A stretch of 62,905 bases of DNA, the filler included, from Sphingomonadaceae bacterium (lineage in GTDB: Bacteria > Chloroflexota > UBA6077): the NCBI GenBank assembly GCA_050261575.1. It is 4 parts of 4 records of this genome, joined end to end, with 100 filler letters (N's around TTAATTAATTAA, not from the genome) between each part and the next. Parts side by side here need not be neighbours in the genome. Positions count along the whole stretch, not along the records: positions 1 to 21,571 come from JBLNDL010000023.1; positions 21,672 to 38,513 come from JBLNDL010000027.1; 2 more parts are not named here. One strand, given 5' to 3'. Shown here one piece after another: positions 19,886-31,003 of this stretch (within the stretch, counting starts at the first letter, position 1; every line of letters starts with the position of its first letter). The position numbers and the translations under genes are program-made. The notes under the pieces were generated by a model. It made no database searches, had not been told where the DNA came from, and was given only the letters and a program-made list of their open reading frames with translations.

Positions 19886-20134
19886 CTATACCGCGGTTCG
19901 GCCCTCAGTGATGCCTCGTGCGAGGACCTCGAAGAGGACTGCCCCAACCAGGGCGATGAGGGCGTTGGCGAGGCTGGGCTGCGTCACGTCGGTCCCGGTG
20001 ATCGCGACGAAGAGCCAGCCCCCGATCACCCCTCCGACCATGCCGACGATCGTCGCCTGCAGGACACTCCTGCCGCCGACCAGAATGCCCGATGACAGGC
20101 CAACGGCCAGTCCAACCAGTGCCCAGGTCAGCAT
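19886..20134 (-). CDS. GlsB/YeaQ/YmgE family small membrane protein
   Basis: 82 aa, three hydrophobic segments, IVGMVGGVIGGWLF and ALVGAVL pattern. Confidence 0.8.
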   Translation of the reverse strand: MLTWALVGLAVGLSSGILVGGRSVLQATIVGMVGGVIGGWLFVAITGTDVTQPSLANALIALVGAVLFEVLARGITEGRTAV

Positions 20135-20215
20135 GGACACGCCGGTTTCCTCCCGCTGTACCCTTTGCATGCCTCACGTGCACGTGAGCCCTGGGGAGAA
20201 AGCACAGGACGTGCC

Positions 20216-20224
20216 TGGTATAAT
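20216..20224 (+). promoter_or_regulatory. Extended -10 element (TGgTATAAT), probable ltaE promoter
   Basis: Consensus TATAAT with TG, about 140 bp upstream of ltaE. Confidence 0.55.
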
Positions 20225-20361
20225 CCTTCAGATCATCACGAATGACGGGACTTGCGCGATCGAGTTCGCGATACTCTGGCGGGCTGCGTGCGAAGCAGGT
20301 ATCTCTGGTCTGCCGGCCGCCCATCGGTCGCGTGACTCCGCCGAATGAGGAGCCAAAGGCA

Positions 20362-21477
<1,116 letters not shown>

Positions 21478-21571
21478 GGCCAGCTCGTGGGGGCGGCCGG
21501 CCGGACGCCCCCACCAACGTTACCACGGCAGGAACTCCGTGGTGTATACAGTCTCGTCCGTCAATACGGCG

Positions 21572-21670
21572 NNNNNNNNNNNNNNNNNNNNNNNNNNNNN
21601 NNNNNNNNNNNNNNNTTAATTAATTAANNNNNNNNNNNNNNNNNNNNNNNNNNNNNNNNNNNNNNNNNNN
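21572..21670. other. Artificial contig join (N-run with TTAATTAATTAA)
   Basis: N padding around a linker with stops in all frames. Confidence 0.97.
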
Positions 21671-21691
21671 NAGGCCCCTGACCCCCGTCCC

Positions 21692-23641
21692 CTAGCCACC
21701 CTTTTCCACGTGCACGATCGCCTCGTAGAAGCCTGCGCACAGCCCCTGGCGGCTGAGGACGCCGGGCGTCACCCGGTTCACACCGACGCCGAACTTGATC
21801 CACCCCCCCTGATCGCAGTGGAGGACGCCCCTGCCCAGCGTGGGGTCCAGCGCGAGCACGGCATCGACTCGCCCCCCCATCCCCCTCATCACGACGGCGT
21901 CGCCCTCGGCGAGGCCGAGCCTCTCGGCGTCTTGCGGGTTCATCCGAAGCTCCAGCGGCTTGCCCTGGTCCTCGGGCAGGATCTGCGAGTGGATGGACGT
22001 CTCCGGATGGCTGGAAATCAGCACGAAGCTGCCGTTCCGATCGGCCGCCGGATTGGGTGGCACCTCCGAGGTGAATCGGAAGCGCCCCGATGGGGTAGGG
22101 AAGACCCTGCCCTCGAAGGGGACAGCGGGCTGGGTCGGATGGCGAACGGGTCCCTCCCTCAGCATCTCGAGGGTGATCCCCAGGGGCAGCAGGGGTGCCG
22201 CCAGCCGCCTCAGCCATTCGGTGGCCGTGCCCTCCATCCCCTGGACGCCGAGCCGCTCCGCAAGGCCCTGGAAGATCTGCAGGTCGGTCCGGGCCTCCCC
22301 CAGCGGCTCGATGACCGGGTTTACCGGACCCAGCCAGTGATGCCCGTAGCTCCCCACCAGGTCCTCCTCCTCGAACGGGGAAGTGGTGGGAAGGAAGACA
22401 TGCGCCAGGTCGGCGGTGTCGGTCATGAAGCCGTCGATCACCACCAGGAACTCGATCCTCTGGAAGGCCTCCCGCACCACCAAGCTGCGCGGGGCCTGGT
22501 TGGCGGGGTTGGCCCCGGTGACGACCACCATCTTGACGGGCGGGTCCTGCGCCGCCAGCAGCCCCTCCCCCAGGGTGGCCTTTGGAATGCCCCTCTGGAA
22601 TCGGGCGGCCTCGGGAGCCTTCAGACCCCAATCCCAGTACTCCCGCTCCTCCATCCCGTGGCTCACGCCGCCGCCCGCCACCCCGATGTTGCCGGTGAGG
22701 GCAGCTATGGCATCAAGCAGGCGATAGATCTCCGCCCCGTACTCGCGCCGCTGCACCCCCCAGCCGGCCCAGATGGAGGCAGGCTTGGTGGTGCCGCACA
22801 TGTGCGCCAGCCTCCGGATCTCCTCCAGGTCGATCCCGCACTGGACGGCCAGCCACTCCAGCGAGAAGCGCTCCAAGGTGGCCCGATACCCCTCGAACCC
22901 CTCGGAATGATCCCTCACGAAGTTCCAGTCCACGAGGTTCTCCTCGAGGAGTATCTTCCCGATGGCTGCGGCGAGGTAACCGTCGGAGCCGGGCTCCGGC
23001 TGGTAGTGGAGGTCGCACAGGTCGGCTGTGCGAGTGCGAATCGGGTCGATCAGCACCAGGGTGGCGCCCCTGGCCTTCGCCTGCTTCAGGAACGGTAGCA
23101 GGTGGACGTTGGTGGCCGACGGGTTCCGCCCCCAGATCAGCACCAGCCGGCTGTTGGGAAGGTCCGTCGGCTCGTGGGCGGTGCGGTAGCCGAAATCGGC
23201 GGTCTGGCCGGCGATCCCCGCCCCGCCGCAGAGGGTTCCGGAAGCGGTGGTGACGCCTCCCAGCAGGTTGAAGAAGCGAGAGTTGAGCATCTTCAGGGCG
23301 GCCGTTGAGCCGTTGTCCTGGTAGTGCATGATCGAGAGGTTTCCGTAGCGGTCGCGATACTCGGCGATCCTGCTGGCCACCAGGTCCAACGCCTCGTCCC
23401 AGGAGATCCGCACCCAGGAGCCGTCGACCCTCTTCATGGGGTGAAGCACGCGGTTGGGGGAGTAGACGCGGCGGATGTAATCCCGAGAGCGACGGCAGAG
23501 GAAACCCCGGGTCACCGGATGGTTGGGGTTGCCCCTCAAGGCGACGAGCCGGCCATCCCGAACGGTGGCCAGGATGCTGCATCCGTCCGGGCAGTCCCGG
23601 GTGCAGGTGGTGACGACGACCTTCTCCGCTGAGCTGCTCAT
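21692..23641 (-). CDS. Molybdopterin-dependent oxidoreductase, [4Fe-4S]-containing catalytic subunit
   Basis: CTRDCPDGC...GFLC, RISWDEALD, IWGRNP, IDP, FMTDTADLAHVFLP, C-terminal MGD-binding domain (MNPQDA). Confidence 0.92.
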   Translation of the reverse strand: MSSSAEKVVVTTCTRDCPDGCSILATVRDGRLVALRGNPNHPVTRGFLCRRSRDYIRRVYSPNRVLHPMKRVDGSWVRISWDEALDLVASRIAEYRDRYGNLSIMHYQDNGSTAALKMLNSRFFNLLGGVTTASGTLCGGAGIAGQTADFGYRTAHEPTDLPNSRLVLIWGRNPSATNVHLLPFLKQAKARGATLVLIDPIRTRTADLCDLHYQPEPGSDGYLAAAIGKILLEENLVDWNFVRDHSEGFEGYRATLERFSLEWLAVQCGIDLEEIRRLAHMCGTTKPASIWAGWGVQRREYGAEIYRLLDAIAALTGNIGVAGGGVSHGMEEREYWDWGLKAPEAARFQRGIPKATLGEGLLAAQDPPVKMVVVTGANPANQAPRSLVVREAFQRIEFLVVIDGFMTDTADLAHVFLPTTSPFEEEDLVGSYGHHWLGPVNPVIEPLGEARTDLQIFQGLAERLGVQGMEGTATEWLRRLAAPLLPLGITLEMLREGPVRHPTQPAVPFEGRVFPTPSGRFRFTSEVPPNPAADRNGSFVLISSHPETSIHSQILPEDQGKPLELRMNPQDAERLGLAEGDAVVMRGMGGRVDAVLALDPTLGRGVLHCDQGGWIKFGVGVNRVTPGVLSRQGLCAGFYEAIVHVEKGG

Positions 23642-23854
23642 GAGCACCTCCTAGGGGCCTGGTGGGGAAACCGATGAAGTCCGGGCATCGGCCGATGCGC
23701 CGCCAGCCGATTATAGCACTCCGGCGTTCGGGGCTGGCCGCTGCCTGTGCGGGGTCTCGGCCGTGACCAGGTCCGGGGTCCTTCGCTCATCACCCCGAGC
23801 ACTCCCCGACCCCTTCGGGCCACCCGAAACGATGGAGAGCGTCGATGCCTGGCT

Positions 23855-23955
23855 GCCATCCTGAGCCGCAGGCGAAGGATCTCCTCACGGCCATTCTCGA
23901 ACGCCGGCCGCGCCGTCGAGGCACCGAGGAGACGCTCGCCTTCGCTCAGCACGAC
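23855..23955. repeat. Imperfect palindromic element (MITE/REP-like)
   Basis: GCCATCCTGAGC..GGCGAAGGATCTC pairs with GAGACGCTCGCCTTCGCTCAGCACGAC; related arms at about 35807-35855. Confidence 0.55.
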
Positions 23956-24018
23956 GGTTCTGCCCTGCATGACGGTCGTGCCGGCCTCGAAGAGGCCCTG
24001 GAACGGCTCGCGTGCTCG

Positions 24019-24048
24019 TTGACACCCCTTTTCGGCCTCTGCTATGAT
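24019..24048 (+). promoter_or_regulatory. Sigma-70 promoter of the btu/cob operon
   Basis: TTGACA-18 bp-TATGAT with extended TG, directly before the riboswitch. Confidence 0.8.
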
Positions 24049-24061
24049 CGTCGCATCGAGA

Positions 24062-24182
<121 letters not shown>

Positions 24183-24242
24183 CGTTGCCGTAGGCCTCCG
24201 AGAGAGAGGGCGCAGGCTGGATGGGCTCCCGGCGAGCCCGCC

Positions 24243-24277
24243 CCCTTGTCACCGACTCTGCGGGACAAGGGTTTTTT
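24243..24277 (+). terminator. Intrinsic terminator (riboswitch expression platform)
   Basis: CCCTTGTC...GACAAGGG stem followed by TTTTTT. Confidence 0.8.
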
Positions 24278-24333
24278 GTCCCCTCCCCCTCGGGTCCGCG
24301 AAGCGACGCAGAGAACACCCGAGGAGGTGCAGC

Positions 24334-25284
24334 TTGCGTCCCATCTTCGCCCTCATCCTGGCCGCCGTGGCGATCTCCGCCTCGGCCTGCGCGCCCGCCC
24401 AGACGAACCCACAGCAGCCTGGCGCAGCACCCACGACGAACCCAGCGCCGTCCACCCCTTCGGCTTTCCCCCTGACCCTGACCGACGACGCGGGTCGACA
24501 GGTGAGCCTGCCCAAAGAGCCGCAACGCATCATCTCGCTCTCCGCCAGCAACACCGAGATCCTCTTCGCCTTGGGGTTGGGCGACCGAGTGGTGGGCGTG
24601 GACGAGTACTCGGACTACCCGCCGCCCGCCACGGAGAAGCCGCGGGTGGGCAGCTTCGTGAGGCCAGACATGGAGAAGGTGATCGCGCTCGAGCCCGATC
24701 TGATCCTGGGTACCGAGATGCACCTGAAGGGGGTGCTGCCCGAACTGGAGAAGCGGGGGCTGACGGTGTTGATCGTGAACCCGAAGGGAGTCAAGGGCGT
24801 GCTGGATGGCATCAAACTGACGGGCAGTGCCACCGGACGCCAGGCTGAGGCGGAGACCCTCGCCGACGAGCTTGCCGACAGGATCGCCACGGTGGAATCC
24901 AGGTGGCAGGGGGCCGAGCCGGTACGGGTCTTCTTCGAGCTGTCGCCCGAGCTCCACACCGCCGGTCCCAACTCCTTCATGGACGAGATGATCCGCCTCG
25001 CGGGGGGGGTGAACGTGGCGGGGGGCGCCGGCAAGGAATGGCCGCAGATGGACCAGGAAGCCCTCTTGCTGGCGGACCCCGAGGTGATCCTTCTGGCCGA
25101 CCACGGTTCTGAGGGCGGGCAGAGCCCCGAGACGGTGGCCGCACGGCCAGGGTGGCAGCAGATGAGCGCAGTGAAGACGGGCAGAATCTACCCCATCGAC
25201 CCCGACCTCACCAACCGGCCGGGCCCGAGGGTGGCGGAGGGCCTGGAGTTGATGGTGAGCAAGCTCCATCCGGAGAGTCGCTAG
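24334..25284 (+). CDS. btuF: Cobalamin ABC transporter substrate-binding lipoprotein
   Basis: Lipobox ASAC, PQRIISLSASNTEILFALG, EPDLIL, RPGPR; riboswitch context. Confidence 0.88.
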   Translation: MRPIFALILAAVAISASACAPAQTNPQQPGAAPTTNPAPSTPSAFPLTLTDDAGRQVSLPKEPQRIISLSASNTEILFALGLGDRVVGVDEYSDYPPPATEKPRVGSFVRPDMEKVIALEPDLILGTEMHLKGVLPELEKRGLTVLIVNPKGVKGVLDGIKLTGSATGRQAEAETLADELADRIATVESRWQGAEPVRVFFELSPELHTAGPNSFMDEMIRLAGGVNVAGGAGKEWPQMDQEALLLADPEVILLADHGSEGGQSPETVAARPGWQQMSAVKTGRIYPIDPDLTNRPGPRVAEGLELMVSKLHPESR

Positions 25285-25378
25285 GGTCACCGTGAAACCA
25301 CGAAGGCACGGAGACACAGGGCGTTCTCCGTGTCACGTGGTGAATTGCGTTCTGCAGTCCGAAGGAAGCGAGGGGGCG

Positions 25379-26446
25379 ATGGAGTTCACGGTGGCCAAGG
25401 CCAGGCCCATGGAGAAAAGGGGAGGGATCCGGATAGGGCGCTACGCCATCGCACTGGCGGCCCTCCTGGTCACGTCGGCCGCTGGCGTGCTGATCGGCAA
25501 GGCTCAGATGGACCCAGGCACCGTCCTGGCCATCCTGCTGTCCAGGCTCCCCTTCCTCGACGTCGTCCCCTGGTGGCCCGCTAGCTACGAGACCATCCTG
25601 TGGGAGGTGAGGTTGCCGCGGGTGTTCGTGGGCGCGCTGGTAGGGGCAGGGCTCTCGGTGGCCGGCGCCACCTATCAGGGGCTGTTCCGAAACCCTCTGG
25701 CCGATCCCTATCTGGTGGGGGTGGCGGCGGGGGCGAGTCTCGGGGCGGTGCTGGCGATGGTGGCCGCCCTGCCGGTGATCCTCTACTCCCTGGGAGCGGT
25801 CCAGGTCGCTGCCTTCCTCGGCGCCTTGCTCACGGTGGGGCTGGTCTACTCCCTGGCCAGGGTTGGCCGGTCCACCCCGGTCACCACCCTGCTGCTCGCG
25901 GGGGTGGCCGTGGGGTCCCTCGCCAACGCTGCCACGGCGTTCGTCATGTACGCCCAAGGGGACAAGATAGCGGTGATCTACACCTGGATGCTGGGGGGCT
26001 TCAACGCGGCCAGCTGGCGGGACGTTGCGCTCGCGGCGCCCCACGTGGTGGTTTCGGCGCTCGTGCTGTCGCTGATGGGCGGCGTCGCCAACGTCCTGCA
26101 GTTGGACGAGGACCAAGCGCGCTCCCTCGGCTTGAACGTGGAACTGATGAAGGTGGTGCTCGTCCTCTGCGCGACACTTGCCGCTGCGGCGGCGGTGGCA
26201 GCGGCAGGGCTGATCGGCTTCGTGGGGCTGGTGGTCCCCCACACCGTCAGGATGCTGTGGGGACCCGACTACCGGTCGCTGATCCCCCTGAGCGCCCTGA
26301 CGGGAGCGGCTTTCCTGGTGGTGGCGGATGCCACGGCCCGGCTGCTGCCGGGCCCCCAGGAGGTGCCAGTCGGCGTCGTCACCGCCTTCTGCGGCGCTCC
26401 CTTCTTCCTGTATCTGCTGCGGCAACAGAAGCGGTCGGTGTTCTAG
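25379..26446 (+). CDS. btuC: FecCD-family ABC permease (corrinoid uptake)
   Basis: VRLPRV, QGLFRNPLADPYLVG, IGFVGLVVPH, PVGVVTAFCGAPFF. Confidence 0.88.
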   Translation: MEFTVAKARPMEKRGGIRIGRYAIALAALLVTSAAGVLIGKAQMDPGTVLAILLSRLPFLDVVPWWPASYETILWEVRLPRVFVGALVGAGLSVAGATYQGLFRNPLADPYLVGVAAGASLGAVLAMVAALPVILYSLGAVQVAAFLGALLTVGLVYSLARVGRSTPVTTLLLAGVAVGSLANAATAFVMYAQGDKIAVIYTWMLGGFNAASWRDVALAAPHVVVSALVLSLMGGVANVLQLDEDQARSLGLNVELMKVVLVLCATLAAAAAVAAAGLIGFVGLVVPHTVRMLWGPDYRSLIPLSALTGAAFLVVADATARLLPGPQEVPVGVVTAFCGAPFFLYLLRQQKRSVF

Positions 26447-27273
26447 TGGATAGCTTCCTGTATCTCGACAAAGTCAGCTTCCAGTTCCAGGGTGCCCCGG
26501 TCCTGCGGGAGGTATCGCTGGGGCTGGCTCCGGGCAGCTTCCTGGGGCTGCTGGGCCCCAACGGGTCGGGCAAGACCACCCTGCTCCGGCTGGCGGCGGG
26601 GCTGTTGAAGCCCACCCACGGCCGCGTGACCCTGGGAGATCGTCCCCTGGATCGAATGAGCCGCGGCGAGATCGCCCGCCGCCTCGCCGTTCTCCCCCAG
26701 AACCCCAACCTGCCGCCCACTTTCACAGCATGGGAGGTGGTGATGATGGGGAGAACCCCCTTCCTCGGCTTCCTCGGAAGGGAGAGCGCGACCGACAGGG
26801 CGATAGTTGAGCGATCGATGCAGATGGCCAGATGCCGCCATCTGGCCGAGCGGCGGGTGGGGGATCTCTCGGGCGGCGAGCGGCAGCGAGTGATGATGGC
26901 GAGGGCGCTGGCCCAGCAGCCGGAGATGCTACTGCTGGACGAGCCCACCACCCATCTCGACCTGGAGCACCAGATAGCCGTCACCGAAATGGTGGCGGAG
27001 CTGGTGAAGGGGGGAATGGCGGCGCTCGGGGTGTTCCACGATCCGAATCTGGCGGCCTGCTACTGCACCCACCTAGCAGTGCTATCCGGTGGGCGATTGG
27101 TCGCCACGGGATCGCCGGAGGAGGTCCTCACCCCCCGGCTGCTCGCGGAGGTGTTCAGGGTGGAGCTGTGCCTCACCTCGCACCCGCGGGGAGGGATGCC
27201 CGCCGTCCTGCCGCCGGGGCCTGAGCGAGACGAAGGTAGGGCGAGGGCTTATCCCCCGCCCGGGCGCGGGTGA
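26446..27273 (+). CDS. btuD: ABC transporter ATPase (corrinoid uptake)
   Basis: GPNGSGKTT, LSGGERQR, LLLDEPT; GTG overlaps the btuC stop. Confidence 0.88.
   Translation: MDSFLYLDKVSFQFQGAPVLREVSLGLAPGSFLGLLGPNGSGKTTLLRLAAGLLKPTHGRVTLGDRPLDRMSRGEIARRLAVLPQNPNLPPTFTAWEVVMMGRTPFLGFLGRESATDRAIVERSMQMARCRHLAERRVGDLSGGERQRVMMARALAQQPEMLLLDEPTTHLDLEHQIAVTEMVAELVKGGMAALGVFHDPNLAACYCTHLAVLSGGRLVATGSPEEVLTPRLLAEVFRVELCLTSHPRGGMPAVLPPGPERDEGRARAYPPPGRG
27236..27260 (+). repeat. GTAG-type REP-like palindrome inside the btuD 3' end
   Basis: GTAGGGCGAGGGCTTATCCCCCGCC. Confidence 0.7.
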
Positions 27274-27475
27274 CAGGGTCTGGCCAAGAACCCACGCCCC
27301 GATACCACGTGGGCGAGATGGCTATCCCAGCGGTGCGCGAGTGCTCGGTGGGAGCCTCGCGATCGACGCGTGATGCACATTCGCCCGCGGTCTCTCAATG
27401 CGCTGCGCGGCGCACCCCCGGGACCCATGATGCGCATTGCCGCACAGCGCACTCCGTAGGCCGGAAAGGTTGCAG

Positions 27476-28246
27476 ATGCTTCGACGATGGGTTTCAGCAC
27501 TGGGAAGGCTGGCCGCCGCCCCGCTGGTGGCCGCTGGCTTCCTGACCGTGTTGCCGGTTCCCGCGCCCAGGTCCCTGGCCATGGGTCCGATGGGCTGGCC
27601 CGTGGCCTGCTTCCCTCTGGCCGGGGCCACCCTGGCCGCGGTGGTCGCCGCCGTCGGGGTGGTGCTGGACCTCTGGCTTCCGCCCCAGGCGGTTGCCCCA
27701 TTGCTGATAGCGAGCCTTCTTGCCATCACCGGGGCCCTCCATCTGGACGGGCTGATCGACAGCTTCGACGGGCTGTTCGGGGGGAGGGACCCTGCAGACC
27801 GCCGGACCATCATGAAGGATAGCCGGGTGGGGAGCTTCGGGCTCGCAGCCGCTGGATCGATGCTGCTAACCGAGTACGGGGCCCTGGTAGCCATGCCTGT
27901 GGAGGCCCGGAGCCTGGTACTCGTGGCGGCGGGAGCCCTCTCCCGCTGGGCCATGGTCGCCACCCTGTGGGGCTTCCCTGCCGCGGGCTCCAAGGGGCTC
28001 GCCGCGGGGCTGAAGCCCCACCTGAGATGGATCCACGCGGCCGTGGCCACCCTACTGGCCGCCACGATCGCTCTCGGAGCGATGGGATGGGCGGGCGGAG
28101 CGGCGATGGCCATCGCCTGCCTGCTCGTGGGGCTAGGGGGGCGGCTGGCGGTTGCGAGGCTGGGCGGGATCACCGGGGACATCTGCGGCGGCCTGGGCCA
28201 GATGGTCGAGGCAGCGGTGCTGCTGGTCGCGGTGGCGGCATGGTGA
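27476..28246 (+). CDS. cobS: Adenosylcobinamide-GDP ribazoletransferase (cobalamin synthase)
   Basis: FLTVLP, TGALHLDGLIDSFDG, IMKDSRVGSFG, GGITGDICG. Confidence 0.95.
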   Translation: MLRRWVSALGRLAAAPLVAAGFLTVLPVPAPRSLAMGPMGWPVACFPLAGATLAAVVAAVGVVLDLWLPPQAVAPLLIASLLAITGALHLDGLIDSFDGLFGGRDPADRRTIMKDSRVGSFGLAAAGSMLLTEYGALVAMPVEARSLVLVAAGALSRWAMVATLWGFPAAGSKGLAAGLKPHLRWIHAAVATLLAATIALGAMGWAGGAAMAIACLLVGLGGRLAVARLGGITGDICGGLGQMVEAAVLLVAVAAW

Positions 28247-29253
28247 GAACCGTCGGCTCCGCGGAATCGCAGCCAACATTGTCTGATGCGATGACAGAGC
28301 GAGCGAACGTGATAGCCCTGGCGGTCGCGCTCGACCTGCTGATGGGGGAGCCGCCGGAGCGGTGGCATCCCGTGGTGGGAATGGGACGCCTCGTGGAACG
28401 GCTGGAGCGGCTGGCACCCAGGGAGGGACCGGCGCGGCAACTGATCTGCGGCGCGACGATGGAAGCCGCCTGCCTCGCGGCGGCCGCCCTGCCGGCCTGG
28501 CTGCTGCAGCGCGTGCTTCCCTCGGGGTCGCCCGTCAGGACCCTGGCGCTGGCGCTGGCGCTGAAGCCAACCTTCGCCATCCGGGCGCTGTTCGAGTTCA
28601 CCGAGCGGGTCGCGAAGGCGCTGGAAGCGGGAGATCTCCAGGAGTCTCGGCGGGCCGTGGGGCAGATCGTGAGCCGGAACGTCGAAGGGCTGGGCGAGAC
28701 CGAGGTGGCTGCTGCCGCGGTGGAGTCGCTCGCGGAGAACGGCAGCGATTCCGTGGTGGCGCCGCTCCTTTACTACGCTATCCTGGGTCTCCCCGGCGCC
28801 TATCTCTACCGCATGGCCAATACCCTGGACGCCATGGTCGGCTACCGGGGCAGGTACGAGTACCTGGGCAAGGTGGCCGCGCGAGTGGACGACGCACTCA
28901 ACCTGCTGCCCTCGAGGCTCGCGGCTCTGGCCACCGCTGCGACCTGCTGGATGGCCGGTGGCTCCCCCACCCGAGCCTGGCGCGTGGCGGTGCGGGACTC
29001 CGGGCGGACCGCCAGCCCCAACGCTGGCTGGCCCATGGCCGCGATGGCCGGAGCGCTCGACCTGCGGCTGGAGAAGGTGAACCACTACGTCCTGAACGAA
29101 GGCGGGCGCCCGCCGAGGGCGCGCGACCTGGCGAACGCCCGACGCGTGGCCGCCGCCGGCCTCGCAGCCGCCGTAGCGGTCGCCATCCTGTCGCAGCGGC
29201 TCCTCGGAAAGCGTTCGACCGATCGGTTCCGAGTACCGGGCAGTCCTGGGTAG
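28240..29253 (+). CDS. cbiB: Adenosylcobinamide-phosphate synthase
   Basis: HPVVGMG, ESLAENGSDSVVAP, YRMANTLDAMVGY, SPNAGWP. Confidence 0.95.
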   Translation: MVRTVGSAESQPTLSDAMTERANVIALAVALDLLMGEPPERWHPVVGMGRLVERLERLAPREGPARQLICGATMEAACLAAAALPAWLLQRVLPSGSPVRTLALALALKPTFAIRALFEFTERVAKALEAGDLQESRRAVGQIVSRNVEGLGETEVAAAAVESLAENGSDSVVAPLLYYAILGLPGAYLYRMANTLDAMVGYRGRYEYLGKVAARVDDALNLLPSRLAALATAATCWMAGGSPTRAWRVAVRDSGRTASPNAGWPMAAMAGALDLRLEKVNHYVLNEGGRPPRARDLANARRVAAAGLAAAVAVAILSQRLLGKRSTDRFRVPGSPG

Positions 29254-29337
29254 ACCTGCGTTCAGGGTTCTGAGCGCTGGTTGCCGAATGCTCAGTCCTG
29301 AATCCTCGGCACAACCTGCAGTCGAAGGGAAATCGTC

Positions 29338-30429
29338 GTGGTGCTGAAACCTAAGCCTTACCTCCATCGGGTGCAGCCCTGCCCTCACGGCTCCTTCTCC
29401 CACAAGGAGGCGGTGGAGAGAGGGGTAGCCCGGGAGCGGGTCCTCGATTTCAGCGCGAGCTGCAACCCCCTGGGACCAGCGCCCAGGGTGCTGGCAGCCC
29501 TCTCCAACCTGGACGTGAGCCGCTATCCCGATAGCGAGGCCACAGAGCTGCGGGTAGCTCTGGCGCGCCCTCTGGGGCTGGACGCTGCGTGGATAGCGGT
29601 GGGCAACGGCTCGGCGGAACTGATGTGGCTGCTGGCCACGGCGTTCCTGCGGCCGGGCGACCGGGTGCTCGTGGTCGGGCCCACCTTCGGGGAGTACGCC
29701 AGGGCCTGCCAGGTGGCGGGGGCGTCGGTGGAGACGGTGGCGGCCGGCGAGCAGGACGGCTTCCGGCCGGACCCCGACGCCATCGAGCGACGGATCGCGG
29801 GCTTCCGGCCGAGACTGGTCTTCCTGTGCAACCCCAACAACCCGACGGGACAGATCCTGCAGGCCGAGTCGATCCTTCGGCTGCTGGAGGGCTGCGAGGA
29901 GACGCTGCTGGTGGTGGACGAGGCATACCTGCCCTTCTGCCGGCCCGCGCCCGACCTGGTTCCCTTCCTGCCGGACGGAAAGCTGTTGCTGCTGAGGTCG
30001 ATGACGAAGGACCACGCCCTGGCCGGGCTGCGGCTGGGCTACGCCGTCGCCCATCCGGATCTGATCCAGTGGCTGGATCGGGTCCGCCCACCCTGGAACG
30101 TGAACGCCGCCGCGCAGGCGGCAGGCCTCGCGGCACTCGTCGAGGGAGGGCACGTGGAGGAAGCTCGTCGGGTGGTCGAGGAAGCACGTCGCTTCCTGTC
30201 CGAGGAGCTGTCCGGCCTGGGGCTCGAGGTGATCCCCTCCGCCGCCAACTTCCTGCTGGTCCGGGTCGGCCGGGGGAACGAGTTCCGCGCGGCCCTGCTG
30301 GATCGAGGGATCTGCGTGCGGGACTGCGCTTCCTTCGGACTGCCGGCCTACGTGCGGATCGGGGTGCGGACCCTCCCGGAGTGCCGGATGCTGGTGGATG
30401 CGGTCCGGGAGGTGGTGGATCGTGGCTAG
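29338..30429 (+). CDS. cobD: Threonine-phosphate decarboxylase (PLP class I/II aminotransferase fold)
   Basis: DFSASCNPLG, GNGSAE, CNPNNPTG, VDEAY, RSMTKDHALAGLRLGY; cob context. Confidence 0.85.
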   Translation: MVLKPKPYLHRVQPCPHGSFSHKEAVERGVARERVLDFSASCNPLGPAPRVLAALSNLDVSRYPDSEATELRVALARPLGLDAAWIAVGNGSAELMWLLATAFLRPGDRVLVVGPTFGEYARACQVAGASVETVAAGEQDGFRPDPDAIERRIAGFRPRLVFLCNPNNPTGQILQAESILRLLEGCEETLLVVDEAYLPFCRPAPDLVPFLPDGKLLLLRSMTKDHALAGLRLGYAVAHPDLIQWLDRVRPPWNVNAAAQAAGLAALVEGGHVEEARRVVEEARRFLSEELSGLGLEVIPSAANFLLVRVGRGNEFRAALLDRGICVRDCASFGLPAYVRIGVRTLPECRMLVDAVREVVDRG

Positions 30430-31003
30430 CTTCGTCCTGGTGAGACACGCCTCGGCCGGCTCACAGGCGCCGAATGCGGATCTCACACTCCAAGGGTGGG
30501 CAGAGGCCGAGGCGCTGGCCCGTCGCCTGAGAGGCTGGCACTTCGATGCGGCCTGGAGCAGCGACCTGCCTAGGGCGGTCGGGACGGCCGAGATCATCCT
30601 GCGTGGGCGAAAGGGGCCGGTCCTCCAGAAGTCGCCGCTCCTTCGGGAGGTGGAGCCTCCCGCAGACGGGCTGCTGGAGAGGGACCAGGAGGGATACGCA
30701 GAGTGGGAGCGCGTGGCCACGGAGGAGGTGGCCGAGCGCCTGAGGCGGTGGCTCAGGGTCTCGGTGCCGGCCGGCTGTGGTGGCGGCTCGGCCACCCATC
30801 ACCCATCACTCGTCACTCATCGCCCGTCCGTTCTCGTCGTCTCCCACGCGGGGCCGCTGAGGGTGCTGATCTGCCTGCTCCTCGGGCTACCACCCGAGAT
30901 GCAGTGGTCCTTCCGCCTGGACCTGGCTTCGCTGTCCATCGTGGAGAGGGGCGACGACATGGGAACGATCCTGCTGCAGAACGACAGGTGCCACTTACAA
31001 TGA
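30422..31003 (+). CDS. cobC: Histidine phosphatase, probable alpha-ribazole phosphatase
   Basis: LVRHA, SSDLPRA, LREV, VVSHAG, NDRCHL; cob context. Confidence 0.75.
   Translation: MASFVLVRHASAGSQAPNADLTLQGWAEAEALARRLRGWHFDAAWSSDLPRAVGTAEIILRGRKGPVLQKSPLLREVEPPADGLLERDQEGYAEWERVATEEVAERLRRWLRVSVPAGCGGGSATHHPSLVTHRPSVLVVSHAGPLRVLICLLLGLPPEMQWSFRLDLASLSIVERGDDMGTILLQNDRCHLQ

Noticed and set aside
19719..20307. CAGGTATCTCT on both sides of the GlsB-like gene as a target-site duplication
   Set aside because: Only 11 bp, with no mobile-element features between the copies
27322..30795. 1157-aa minus-strand ORF and other long antisense ORFs (23638-25317, 30817-32559, 53758-55263)
   Set aside because: Shadow frames of well-supported genes in high-GC DNA; Arg/Pro/Gly-rich with no motifs
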